A DNA stretch of 38,191 nt from a virus (IMGVR_UViG_3300022173_000002:1-38191); one strand, 5' to 3'. Positions 1 to 8,649 are shown, counted from the stretch's first letter. Translations and numbers: made by a program. Notes: generated from the letters alone by a model not told the origin.

Positions 1-323
1 AGGAGGAAATACCATCACTCTACAATGAGCCCTCCATCCATCAAGAGGGGGTGGGGGGGAAACTTTCGTGCGGGGTAATTTGAGGTAATGCACAATCCTA
101 CGTTTTTATAAACTTTTCAGACTAGGGGTGTTCCGAGGTTTCGTCCGAGTGTTTACGTGATTTTAACGTCTAAACGATAGGGAGCCCTACAAGCTGTTTT
201 CTACATGACTGGCTACCCATGTACCAGCCGGAGCGTTAGCGACTCTCCTAGCCCTGTTTAAATCAATCCTAGAGGCATTGTCGGCTCGGCTTGGGCCTCG
301 CCTACGGTTCCTTCCTCCACAAC

Positions 324-376
324 AAAGAAGAAAGAAAGAAAAGTCTCTCACACTCTCTAAAGAAAGAAAGAAGAAA
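324..376. repeat. Homopurine mirror repeat with 18-nt arms around a self-mirrored core
   Basis: aaagaagaaagaaagaaa (324-341) is the exact reverse, not the complement, of aaagaaagaaagaagaaa (359-376); the core tctctcacactctct (344-358) is itself mirror-symmetric. Confidence 0.85.
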
Positions 377-379
377 TAA

Positions 380-424
380 TACTATACTAACATACTAGTA
401 ATATACTTACTATACTAGTATATT
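380..424. repeat. AT-rich cluster of short TATACT/ATACTAGTA repeats, possible origin or terminus element
   Basis: Several tatact/atacta units and two tactagta palindromes in non-coding AT-rich DNA. Confidence 0.5.
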
Positions 425-431
425 AATATTT

Positions 432-459
432 ATTATAACATACTTTTTGTAAAAGTCAA
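432..459 (-). promoter_or_regulatory. Leftward sigma70-type promoter
   Basis: Minus strand TTGACT-16 nt-TATAAT with TGn extended -10. Confidence 0.6.
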
Positions 460-513
460 GTACTTCATGTAAAAATATTTTTGTAAGTTTCTGAACGAAA
501 GTGAAGAAAGTAC

Positions 514-542
514 TTGACATTTCTTTATTTTTGTGGTATACT
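514..542 (+). promoter_or_regulatory. Strong sigma70-type promoter driving the + arm
   Basis: TTGACA(514-519)-17 nt-TATACT(537-542), preceded by TG. Confidence 0.85.
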
Positions 543-652
543 ATAGGTATACACTGTCGAGAACATGCTGTTCTCTCCAGCTCAGGATGTCTTGAATACC
601 AAGCTCGGTTCTACGACACCTCGCTTTAGTCAGAGCTTCGCAGGAGAACATT

Positions 653-868
653 TTGTTTAAATTCTTGTCTAGTGTCATCATTGCTGTTTCATTAATTTCA
701 TCTCCTGTCACTTCAATTGCAAACGAAGTTTTTCAAGGTGGTTGGGAAGATGGTGTTGAAATTCAATGGGCTTGTCCAACTAAAACAAAAGGAGCAATTC
801 CTTTTGCTATTAAATTACCGGATGGTAAAATCTATCGTGGTGTTCTTAGTTGTGGACAACCAGTTTAA
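653..868 (+). CDS. Small secreted/periplasmic protein with signal peptide and two Cys
   Basis: AGGAG RBS, TTG start; MFKFLSSVIIAVSLISSPVTSIA resembles a Sec signal peptide. Confidence 0.6.
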   Translation: MFKFLSSVIIAVSLISSPVTSIANEVFQGGWEDGVEIQWACPTKTKGAIPFAIKLPDGKIYRGVLSCGQPV

Positions 869-880
869 GGAACTAATTTA

Positions 881-1465
881 ATGCTTTCAGATGCCGATTC
901 TAAGAAGAATAAAAAAGGTATGCGACCAAGGTCAATTGAAGCTAATACGAATAAGCAATGGTCAGATGGACAAAAGATTGAAGCTATTCAATCATATTTG
1001 CTATTAGGTAATTTGGCATTGACAAGTCGTATTCTAGGAATTCCAGAAGTTACTCTTCGTGTTTGGAAAACTACGGAATGGTGGAAAGATAAAACTCATG
1101 AGTTAAAAACTCAGGATCGAATTCAACTTTCCAGTCGAATGAAGAAGATTGTGGACGCAAGTTTAACTGTTGTCGAAGACCGACTAGTAAACGGCGATTT
1201 CCAGTTTGACCAAAAGACAGGTGCTGTTGTTCGTAAACCAGTTAATCTAAAAGATGCTCACAAGGTTGCTGTTGATTTACAAGATCGTCAGGAAATGATG
1301 GAAAAGACAGAAAAGCCAGAAACGTCAGATGAAGGGATTGAAACCCGTCTGCTTAAATTGGCTGAGAAGTTTGCTGACATGGCTACAATGAAAATTGAGC
1401 AGCAGGCTTTGGAAAAAAGAACAATTGTAGTTGAGGATGCTAAAGTCGTCAACGAATATGAATAA
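881..1465 (+). CDS. Terminase small subunit (HTH-containing), putative
   Basis: HTH-like GNLALTSRILGIPEVTLRVWK plus helical C-terminus; lies upstream of TerL. Confidence 0.7.
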   Translation: MLSDADSKKNKKGMRPRSIEANTNKQWSDGQKIEAIQSYLLLGNLALTSRILGIPEVTLRVWKTTEWWKDKTHELKTQDRIQLSSRMKKIVDASLTVVEDRLVNGDFQFDQKTGAVVRKPVNLKDAHKVAVDLQDRQEMMEKTEKPETSDEGIETRLLKLAEKFADMATMKIEQQALEKRTIVVEDAKVVNEYE

Positions 1466-1466
1466 C

Positions 1467-1543
1467 GGGCGTTTAAGATTAATTGGCAAACTACCAGACT
1501 CCAAATCTGGGTAATGTACGTTCGAGTCGTACAAGGCCCGCCA
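1467..1543 (+). tRNA. tRNA-Trp (CCA)
   Basis: Anticodon arm ccaga-ctCCAaa-tctgg, T arm gtacg-ttcgagt-cgtac, acceptor gggcgtt/aaggccc with one G-G mismatch, discriminator G, encoded CCA end. Confidence 0.88.
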
Positions 1544-1544
1544 A

Positions 1545-1628
1545 GGATGGGTATACCGTTAAGGACGCGGGGCAGTCTGTAAAACTGTCGTTAACTCAGG
1601 CTAGGATCGTTACCTAGACCATCCACCA
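1545..1628 (+). tRNA. tRNA-Tyr (GTA)
   Basis: Anticodon arm gcagt-ctGTAaa-actgt, long variable region, T arm ctagg-atcgtta-cctag, acceptor ggatggg/accatcc, ACCA end. Confidence 0.82.
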
Positions 1629-1643
1629 AATTAGGAGTATTTC

Positions 1644-1943
1644 TTGCCCTACATGACCAATGGCAAACGCGACTACAAAAAAGAGTACGCCAAGTACCAC
1701 AGTCGTGATGAGCAAATTAAAAACCGTACAGCCCGTACCACAGCACGAAGGCAAGCTAATGCAGCAGGAACCACTTCCAAGGGAGATGGAAAAGACCTTG
1801 ACCATCGAAGACCACTCTCCAAAGGCGGTTCTACTGGCAAGTCTAATTTACGTGTCGTTAGTGCTTCTAGCAATCGTAGCTTTTCGCGCAATAGTGACGG
1901 CTCAATGAAGTCACAGACTTCTAAACGGGAAAAGAAGAAGTAA
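1644..1943 (+). CDS. Small basic HNH-type endonuclease, packaging-associated
   Basis: AGGAG RBS; KDLDHRRPLSKGG...SNLRVVSASSNR motif; next to terminase. Confidence 0.75.
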   Translation: MPYMTNGKRDYKKEYAKYHSRDEQIKNRTARTTARRQANAAGTTSKGDGKDLDHRRPLSKGGSTGKSNLRVVSASSNRSFSRNSDGSMKSQTSKREKKK

Positions 1944-2278
1944 TGGGTAAATGGTCAGGACAGAAAATTCCAAATTTACCTACTGAAGAACGGGTTCGTA
2001 AAAACGAAATTTGGGCTAAGTATAAACTCAAGTGGACTGATTATTTGTCCATGTACGACAGTCAAAAAGGATGCTGCGCTATTTGTAAATGCTCAATCCA
2101 TTTGACCAGTCAAGGTTCTAGCTTTGTCAAAGGTAAAATAGCTTGTGTAGATCACTGCCATGATTCTTTAAAAATCCGGGGCCTTTTGTGTGCTTCTTGT
2201 AATAAAGGTTTAGGTCAGTTTGGTGACAATCCGGTAGCGTTAAGAAATGCTATTGAATATTTGGAGAATGTACTTTGA
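1943..2278 (+). CDS. Endonuclease VII-family (homing) endonuclease
   Basis: QKGCCAIC...VDHCH...IRGLLCASCNKGLG motif. Confidence 0.85.
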   Translation: MGKWSGQKIPNLPTEERVRKNEIWAKYKLKWTDYLSMYDSQKGCCAICKCSIHLTSQGSSFVKGKIACVDHCHDSLKIRGLLCASCNKGLGQFGDNPVALRNAIEYLENVL

Positions 2279-3792
2279 AATTAAGCTCCGAAGTGGTAGC
2301 AGGTTTTGTCGGTGGTGTTCTAGCTGGTCGTTTCGATGGGCAGTCTTCCACTCCTGACTTCCACAAAGAATGTTGGGACCTGTGCTGCTCGGATGAAAAG
2401 TTTGTTGCCATTGCAGCCCCACGGGGCCACGCTAAGTCCACAGCAGTTACCCTTGGGTATGGACTAGCCACTTTGTTGTTTCGACAGCGAAAGTTTATGC
2501 TGTTAGTATCTGACACTGAGAGTCAGGCCAGTTTGTTCTTAGGAACATTCAAGCAAGAGTTACAAGATAATAATGAGCTAATAGATTTGTTTGGTATCAA
2601 ACGAAATGAAGCCGGTCAAGTCAAGTTCATCAAGGACTCTGAAACTGACATTATTGTTGAATGTGAGGATGGACACCGTTTCCGAATCATTGCCAAAGGG
2701 GCGGAACAGAAGCTCCGTGGATTGATTTGGAACGGCAGTCGCCCTGACATCATCATGTGTGACGATATGGAAAACGACGAACTTGTGATGAACAAAGAAC
2801 GTCGAGACAAAATGCGAAGATGGTTTAAGGGAGCTCTGCTTCCCTGCCGCTCGGACAACGGAGTTGTTCGTATCGTAGGCACCATTCTCCACATGGACAG
2901 TTTGTTAGAGAGGCTTATGCCTAATGACTCTGAAAAGCTGACTGTGAGGGACGGGCTAAAAACCTATTCTACCAGCAAGGGTATGTGGAAGGCAGTTAAA
3001 TACCGAGCCCACAACGAAGACTTTACCAAGCTACTCTGGCCCTCCAAGAAGAGTGCTCATGAGTTCCAGATGTTGTTTGAAGAGGCTGTCAAAGACGGTA
3101 CCACTGACATCTACAGCCAAGAATATTTAAACTACCCCATTGATGAGAGTGTTAGCTTCTTTAAGAAAGCTGACTTCATGAAAATCACTGAGGAAGACAG
3201 AAACAAGAAACTCAATTACTACATTACAGCAGACTTGGCAATTTCCGAAAGTGAGAAAGCCGATTACTCTGTGTTCATTGTAGCTGGAGTTGACGAAGAT
3301 AAAGTAATCCACATTAAAGATGTAATTAGAGAGCGGATTGACGGTAGAGATATTGTTGAAACCCTCTTAGCCCTTGAAAGGGTATACGAACCGGAGGCCA
3401 TTGGAATTGAAGAGATGCAAGTCTCCAAGGCCATTGGCCCTTTTCTTCGTGAAGAGATGATTCGTTCTAACACCTATCCGACCCTAGTTACTTTGAAACC
3501 GGGTGGTAAGGACAAGGTTACGCGAGGTCGTTCTATTCAAGCTCGTATGCGGGCACACGGAGTCAAGTTTGACAAAGAAGCCGAATGGTATGGCATCTTT
3601 GAAAACGAATGTTTAACCTTCCCTCGTGGCAAGCACGATGACCAAGTAGATGCTTATGCCTACCTTGGACTGATGCTTGACAAACTCATTGAGGCCCCAA
3701 CTAAAGAAGAAATGGACGAGGATGAATACCGAGATGAACTTGCAGAACATGCAGCCGGAGCCTCTGGAAGAAGCAAGTGGACCGGATACTGA
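2275..3792 (+). CDS. terL: Terminase large subunit
   Basis: Walker A APRGHAKST, Walker B IIMCDDME, nuclease ITADLA and FPRGKHDDQVDA. Confidence 0.95.
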   Translation: MKLSSEVVAGFVGGVLAGRFDGQSSTPDFHKECWDLCCSDEKFVAIAAPRGHAKSTAVTLGYGLATLLFRQRKFMLLVSDTESQASLFLGTFKQELQDNNELIDLFGIKRNEAGQVKFIKDSETDIIVECEDGHRFRIIAKGAEQKLRGLIWNGSRPDIIMCDDMENDELVMNKERRDKMRRWFKGALLPCRSDNGVVRIVGTILHMDSLLERLMPNDSEKLTVRDGLKTYSTSKGMWKAVKYRAHNEDFTKLLWPSKKSAHEFQMLFEEAVKDGTTDIYSQEYLNYPIDESVSFFKKADFMKITEEDRNKKLNYYITADLAISESEKADYSVFIVAGVDEDKVIHIKDVIRERIDGRDIVETLLALERVYEPEAIGIEEMQVSKAIGPFLREEMIRSNTYPTLVTLKPGGKDKVTRGRSIQARMRAHGVKFDKEAEWYGIFENECLTFPRGKHDDQVDAYAYLGLMLDKLIEAPTKEEMDEDEYRDELAEHAAGASGRSKWTGY

Positions 3793-5800
3793 ACCCCAAG
3801 CCAAACCCTTCCGTGCTTTAATTGAAGAAGTCAACATTGCCGATTCTCTTGATGAAGAGCGTCTTCGTGAAATTGGCTCTGAATGTAAGGCTGGTTACGA
3901 CACTGACAAAGAAAGTCGTAAGGAATGGGAAGAAAACCTTGAGGACTGGATTAAACTAGCCAAACAACTTCGTGAAGAGAAGTCGTTTCCTTGGCCAGAC
4001 GCTTCCAACATCAAATACCCCCTACTCAGCACGGCTGCTATGCAGTTTGCTGCCCGCGCTTACCCGTCCTTGGTGCCTTCTAATGGTGCCATTGTCAAGA
4101 GTCGTGTGGTTGGTAAAGACCCCACGGGAGAGAAACTGGCTAAAGCAGACCGTGTGTCTACTTACATGTCCTACCAAATCATGTACGAAGTCCCTTATTG
4201 GGAAGAGAATATGGACAAGCTCCTTATTCAACTTCCTATTGTGGGTATGTTGTACAAGAAGACCTATTGGGACAGTATTAAGAAGGCCATTCAGTCTGAA
4301 CTAGTGTCTCCTAAAGCTCTGGTTGTAAACTACTGGACTAAAAACCTTAAAGATTCTGAGCGTGTTTCTGAAGAAATTCAGATGAGTAAACGGATTCTTA
4401 AAGAACGCCAGCGTGCTAAGGTATTCCTTGACATTGATATTGGTGATCCTATTACTCCAGAAGGTATGGACACACCACAGAATGATGAGACAACGCCATA
4501 CACGCTAATTGAGCAGCACACCTACCTTGATCTTGACGATGATGGTTACCGTGAGCCCTACATTGTCACTTTCCACAAGGAATCTGGTGATGTGCTCCGA
4601 ATTTGTGCTCGTTATGAAGAGTCGGGTATCTTCCTAGACGACGACGGTGAGATTGTTAAAATTGAACCCATTGAATATTATACTAAATTTGGTTTTATTC
4701 CTAATCCCGACGGTAGTTTTTATGATATTGGCTTTGGTTGCCTTTTGGGCCCACTAAACGAAAGCGTCAACACTCTAATTAACCAGCTCATTGATGCTGG
4801 TACTATGAACAGCCTTCAAGGTGGTTTCTTAGGTAAGGGTTTACGGCTTCGTATGGGTGAGTATGGCTTTAAGCCGGGTGAGTGGAAGACAGTCAACTCC
4901 ACTGGTGATGACCTTAAGAAACAAATTGTTCCTCTGCCGACAAAAGAGCCTAGCTCAGTGTTGTTCCAGTTGATGGGTTCTCTCATTACATCAGGAAAGG
5001 AGCTGGCTAGCGTAGCGGAAATCTTTACGGGTAAAATGCCGGGTCAAAACACTCCAGCAACTACCACCATGGCCACCATTGAGCAGGGCATGAAAGTGTT
5101 CACTGCTGTTTACAAACGGATTTTTCGTAGTTTGGCTGAAGAGTTTAAAAAGATTTTTGAACTAAATCACATTTACATGAACCCGCAAACATATGCGGCC
5201 ATTGTTGATGTGACTGTCAGCCCAGATGACTTTGACAAGACTTATGAAATTTGTCCGGGTGCTGACCCAACAGCAATTTCCCAGACCGAGAAGCTGATGA
5301 AAGCTCAAGGTTTGCTGGAACTCCTGCCTAGTGGTTTGCTTAACCCTGTGGAAGTTATTAAGCGAGTGCTGGAAGCACAAGAGCAGCCCAATTGGGAACA
5401 GCTCCTGCCTCCTGAGATGCTAGAGTCTGGACAACCTCCTGAGCCTCCACCTGATCCTAAGTTGCAAGAAATGCAGATGAAGGCACAGATTGAGCAACAG
5501 AAGATGCAGATGCAAGCAGAGCAGGCACAGCATAAAGGTCAACTGGAAGCACGAGATAAGCATGTTCAACTAGCTATGAAAGCTCAGGAACATCAAATGG
5601 ATTTGGAGAACAAAGCTAAAATGGCTCAACTCCAACAGGCCGAGGCGATTCACAAACAGCGAATCTTCTCCGTTGAAGCTCAGCAAAAGATCAACCTCAA
5701 AGGTGCAGAAGGCCGTCAAAAGCTAGCACTCAAAGGTGAAGAAATGAAGCTTAAGCAACAACAACAGAAACAACAACCCAAAGGGGGCGTTAAGAAATAA
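3677..5800 (+). CDS. Portal protein, P22-like with Q-rich C-terminal barrel; true start probably 3722-3749
   Basis: Follows terL; about 690-700 aa; PWPDASNIKYPLL motif; long Q/M-rich coiled-coil C-terminus. Confidence 0.88.
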   Translation: MTNSLRPQLKKKWTRMNTEMNLQNMQPEPLEEASGPDTEPQAKPFRALIEEVNIADSLDEERLREIGSECKAGYDTDKESRKEWEENLEDWIKLAKQLREEKSFPWPDASNIKYPLLSTAAMQFAARAYPSLVPSNGAIVKSRVVGKDPTGEKLAKADRVSTYMSYQIMYEVPYWEENMDKLLIQLPIVGMLYKKTYWDSIKKAIQSELVSPKALVVNYWTKNLKDSERVSEEIQMSKRILKERQRAKVFLDIDIGDPITPEGMDTPQNDETTPYTLIEQHTYLDLDDDGYREPYIVTFHKESGDVLRICARYEESGIFLDDDGEIVKIEPIEYYTKFGFIPNPDGSFYDIGFGCLLGPLNESVNTLINQLIDAGTMNSLQGGFLGKGLRLRMGEYGFKPGEWKTVNSTGDDLKKQIVPLPTKEPSSVLFQLMGSLITSGKELASVAEIFTGKMPGQNTPATTTMATIEQGMKVFTAVYKRIFRSLAEEFKKIFELNHIYMNPQTYAAIVDVTVSPDDFDKTYEICPGADPTAISQTEKLMKAQGLLELLPSGLLNPVEVIKRVLEAQEQPNWEQLLPPEMLESGQPPEPPPDPKLQEMQMKAQIEQQKMQMQAEQAQHKGQLEARDKHVQLAMKAQEHQMDLENKAKMAQLQQAEAIHKQRIFSVEAQQKINLKGAEGRQKLALKGEEMKLKQQQQKQQPKGGVKK

Positions 5801-6009
5801 TGAGTTCTAAAGCAGATTTCATGGATTGGAAATCTCATCCAATAACAAAACAAGTGTTTGAAGGTTTGCGAGAGCAAGAACACACCGTCATGGAAACACT
5901 AGCCGTTTCCGCAGGTACTGACTCTCTCCAAGACCGCTTTCACGCAGGATACATTGCTGCCCTACGTGATCTTTACTTAATTCGACTCGAAGACGAGGAT
6001 GCAAAATGA
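5800..6009 (+). CDS. Small head-module hypothetical protein
   Basis: Translationally coupled (TAATG) between portal and GroES. Confidence 0.7.
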   Translation: MSSKADFMDWKSHPITKQVFEGLREQEHTVMETLAVSAGTDSLQDRFHAGYIAALRDLYLIRLEDEDAK

Positions 6010-6329
6010 TTACTCCACTCCTTCACAGGATTATTGTGAAAGCCGAAAGCTTTCGGGAATTTGACAAAGACATGCAACGGGCACGCGCTATGGGACTTGA
6101 AATCCCAGAGATGGAAGAAATGAAACGTGCTCAAGCTTCTGTAGATCGAGGTATCGTTGTTGCCATTGGCGCAACTGCTTATCGAGACTATGGTGTTGAA
6201 CCCCCAGTCCAGATTGGAGATGTTGTTAACTACGCACGGTTCTCAGGTAAGGTTATTGAAGACCCAGAAACTGAGGAGCAGTTTGTAGCTCTCAACGACG
6301 AGGATTTGATCTGTGTTATCAAACACTAA
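6006..6329 (+). CDS. groES: GroES/Cpn10-like co-chaperonin
   Basis: ITPLLHRIIVK...GIVVAIG...VQIGDVVNYARFSG...LNDEDLICVI matches the Cpn10 pattern. Confidence 0.85.
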   Translation: MITPLLHRIIVKAESFREFDKDMQRARAMGLEIPEMEEMKRAQASVDRGIVVAIGATAYRDYGVEPPVQIGDVVNYARFSGKVIEDPETEEQFVALNDEDLICVIKH

Positions 6330-6795
6330 ATTGTGTTTGTGGTGCCAAACTCCTATCACTAAGGTGGGCACTAGAAAGCCATTTTCCTACTGTGCCAGTA
6401 AATGTAGCAAAGCTGCGTGGGCATCTAAAAATCCAGAGCTTAACTTACTTGCAAAGCAAAAGTATTTACAAGACTCCCCAATCAAAAGAAAAGAATCTTC
6501 TAAACGTTATCAACAAGCAAACAAAAGCTTTTATGCTGAGTACGCTTCATTGAGGTCTAGGAAGGTTCAGCAAGCAAAGCCAACTTGGTTGGATGAGTTT
6601 GAGCTTTTGTGGGTTGCTGAGATATACCATGCTGCCCAACTAAGGGGTTTGGAAGTAGATCACATTGTCCCTATTAAACATAATAGAGTCTGTGGTTTAC
6701 ACGTACCGTGGAATATGCAACTTCTAACCAGAACAGAAAACGCTCGGAAGTCGAACAAATTCGACGAAGACCTCATTTGCATCATTAAAGGATAA
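6313..6795 (+). CDS. HNH homing endonuclease inserted at the groES 3' end
   Basis: N-terminal CxxC...CxxxC; EVDHIVPIKH..VCGLHVPWNMQLL...NARKSN; ends in a copy of the GroES C-terminus. Confidence 0.9.
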   Translation: MLSNTKLCLWCQTPITKVGTRKPFSYCASKCSKAAWASKNPELNLLAKQKYLQDSPIKRKESSKRYQQANKSFYAEYASLRSRKVQQAKPTWLDEFELLWVAEIYHAAQLRGLEVDHIVPIKHNRVCGLHVPWNMQLLTRTENARKSNKFDEDLICIIKG

Positions 6796-6796
6796 C

Positions 6797-7567
6797 ATGG
6801 AACTCGAAAATAATACGCCCGCAGAAGGTGAAGGCACCCAACCAGAAGTCTCCCCTGTAGAACAGGAAGCTCTTGATTCTGGATGGGTTCCTAAAGAAGA
6901 ATTTAATGGTGATGAACACAAGTGGGTAGATGCCGCTGAGTTCTTGCGCCGTGGTGAACTCTTCAAGAAGATTGAAGTTCAGAATCGTGAACTAAAAGAC
7001 GTTAAACGTGCTCTGGTGGAAATGAAAAAGCTTCACGCAGATGTACGTGAGGTTGAGTACAAACGTGCTCTCGAAACTCTCCGAGCACAGAAAAAAGCTG
7101 CTCTCGAAGAGGGTGATGCTGATGCAGTGATTGCAGCCGACGACCGAATTGATTTGGTTAAAGAGCAGCAACGACAACTTCAAGCAGAACCTGAGCCCAC
7201 TATTGAAGCCGGTGAACAACACCCAGTCTTCGTTGAGTGGACTGCTCGTAACAGTTGGTACACAACCAACACTCCAATGAAAGCCTTTGCTGATGCATTG
7301 GGTGCAGAACTTGCACGGGATGGCCTGACGCCTCCGCAAGTTTTAAAGAAGGTTGAAGAGGAAGTACGGAAAGAATTTCCGAACAAGTTTCGGAATCCTC
7401 GTCAGGACCGTCCTTCTGGTGTCGAGAGTTCGACTCCCCGTGGTAAAAGTTCCTCCAGTTTTGAACTCTCCGCTGATGAGCGGCGCATTATGAACAACTT
7501 CGTGCGTCAGAAAGTCATGACGGAAGCAGAGTACATTGCAGAACTGAAGAAAGTGAGTGGACGATAA
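6797..7567 (+). CDS. Capsid scaffolding protein, putative
   Basis: Acidic, coiled-coil; GWVPKEEF..W motif; basic/helical C-terminus; upstream of capsid genes. Confidence 0.7.
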   Translation: MELENNTPAEGEGTQPEVSPVEQEALDSGWVPKEEFNGDEHKWVDAAEFLRRGELFKKIEVQNRELKDVKRALVEMKKLHADVREVEYKRALETLRAQKKAALEEGDADAVIAADDRIDLVKEQQRQLQAEPEPTIEAGEQHPVFVEWTARNSWYTTNTPMKAFADALGAELARDGLTPPQVLKKVEEEVRKEFPNKFRNPRQDRPSGVESSTPRGKSSSSFELSADERRIMNNFVRQKVMTEAEYIAELKKVSGR

Positions 7568-7979
7568 TATGAACCAAAATAAAGAAGCTATTTCTAAAGC
7601 GCCGAGTGGCCGACCTACGCGAACCTCTATTGGTCAGCGTAACATCCTTACGGTAAAGGGGAAAGACCCCAATTATCATTACCGAATCGTGAACGACACA
7701 GATGATCGTATCGCGCAGTTTCTCGAAGCAGGCTATGAGCTTGTTGCAGACGACGCTGTTGAGGTTGGTGACAAGCGTGTCAATGCCTCTACTTCTTTGG
7801 GTTCCAAGAAAACGATTTCGGTCGGTCAGGGAACCAAAGCTTATGCCATGCGAATTAAAAAAGAATGGTATGATGAGGACGAAGCTGCAAAGCTGCGTCA
7901 AGTAGCAGAGATTGAACGTGCCACTAAAGCTAAAGCTCTTGATGGTACATACGGAGAATTGAAAATCTCTAGGGATTAA
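7557..7979 (+). CDS. Head-module hypothetical protein (start may be 7569)
   Basis: ORF coupled to scaffold; YHYRIVND...GYELV motif seen in phage head operons. Confidence 0.65.
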   Translation: MDDNMNQNKEAISKAPSGRPTRTSIGQRNILTVKGKDPNYHYRIVNDTDDRIAQFLEAGYELVADDAVEVGDKRVNASTSLGSKKTISVGQGTKAYAMRIKKEWYDEDEAAKLRQVAEIERATKAKALDGTYGELKISRD

Positions 7980-8031
7980 CCCTATATGTGCCATTAGGAA
8001 TCAAAATTTATTTGCTAAATGGAGAATACTA

Positions 8032-8649
8032 ATGGCAAGTGTTTCGCGTATTAACGGGCTGAGTCCTGTTAAGTTTATTACCGGTGCGCCTTATAATGGC
8101 CAAGCCGGTGTGTATTTTGTTCCTGCTTCTAACGCAGACGTCATCATGGTTGGTGACTTGGTTAAACTGGGCGGTGACGCTCGCAGTCCTTCTGGTGTTC
8201 CTACCGTGGCTCGCCACGCAGGCGGCGCTACTGAAGCGGCTGTTGGTGTTGTGGTTGGTATTTTGTTCTCTGGTATGGGAGACACGCAAAACGTGCCTCC
8301 TGTCACGGACCTGAATACTCCAGTGTATCGTCGCACCCTGACGGATCGCTACCTTCTGGTGGCTGATGATCCGAGCCTCGTCTTTGAAGCTCAAACCTCT
8401 AACGGCGCTCTTACGACTGCTGTGGTTGGTCTGAATGCTGAGATGGATGTGGCTGCTGGTTCTACGACTTCTGGTGCGTCCGGCATGACTCTTGACATCG
8501 GCACCGCCGCTGTTACGGCAACCCTCCCGATGAAAATCGTGGGTTTCCCTGCTCGTGTGGACAACAACATCGGTGATGCCTTTACCCGTGCGTATGTGAT
8601 GATTAACAACCATCAGTACAAAGGTGGTACCGGTTCTACTGGCGTCTAA
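8032..8649 (+). CDS. Capsid-associated (decoration/stabilising) protein
   Basis: GGAG RBS; G/A/V/T-rich beta protein immediately before the major capsid gene. Confidence 0.6.
   Translation: MASVSRINGLSPVKFITGAPYNGQAGVYFVPASNADVIMVGDLVKLGGDARSPSGVPTVARHAGGATEAAVGVVVGILFSGMGDTQNVPPVTDLNTPVYRRTLTDRYLLVADDPSLVFEAQTSNGALTTAVVGLNAEMDVAAGSTTSGASGMTLDIGTAAVTATLPMKIVGFPARVDNNIGDAFTRAYVMINNHQYKGGTGSTGV

Noticed and set aside
300-430. CRISPR array
   Set aside because: Repeats are short and low-complexity and lack regular unique spacers.
1467-1628. Suppressor tRNAs / alternative genetic code
   Set aside because: Anticodons are standard CCA and GTA, and genes translate intact with code 11.
1943-2278. 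Gene-end duplication around the EndoVII gene and the HNH at 30522-30932, as seen at groES
   Set aside because: No duplicated peptide or DNA end was detectable at their borders.
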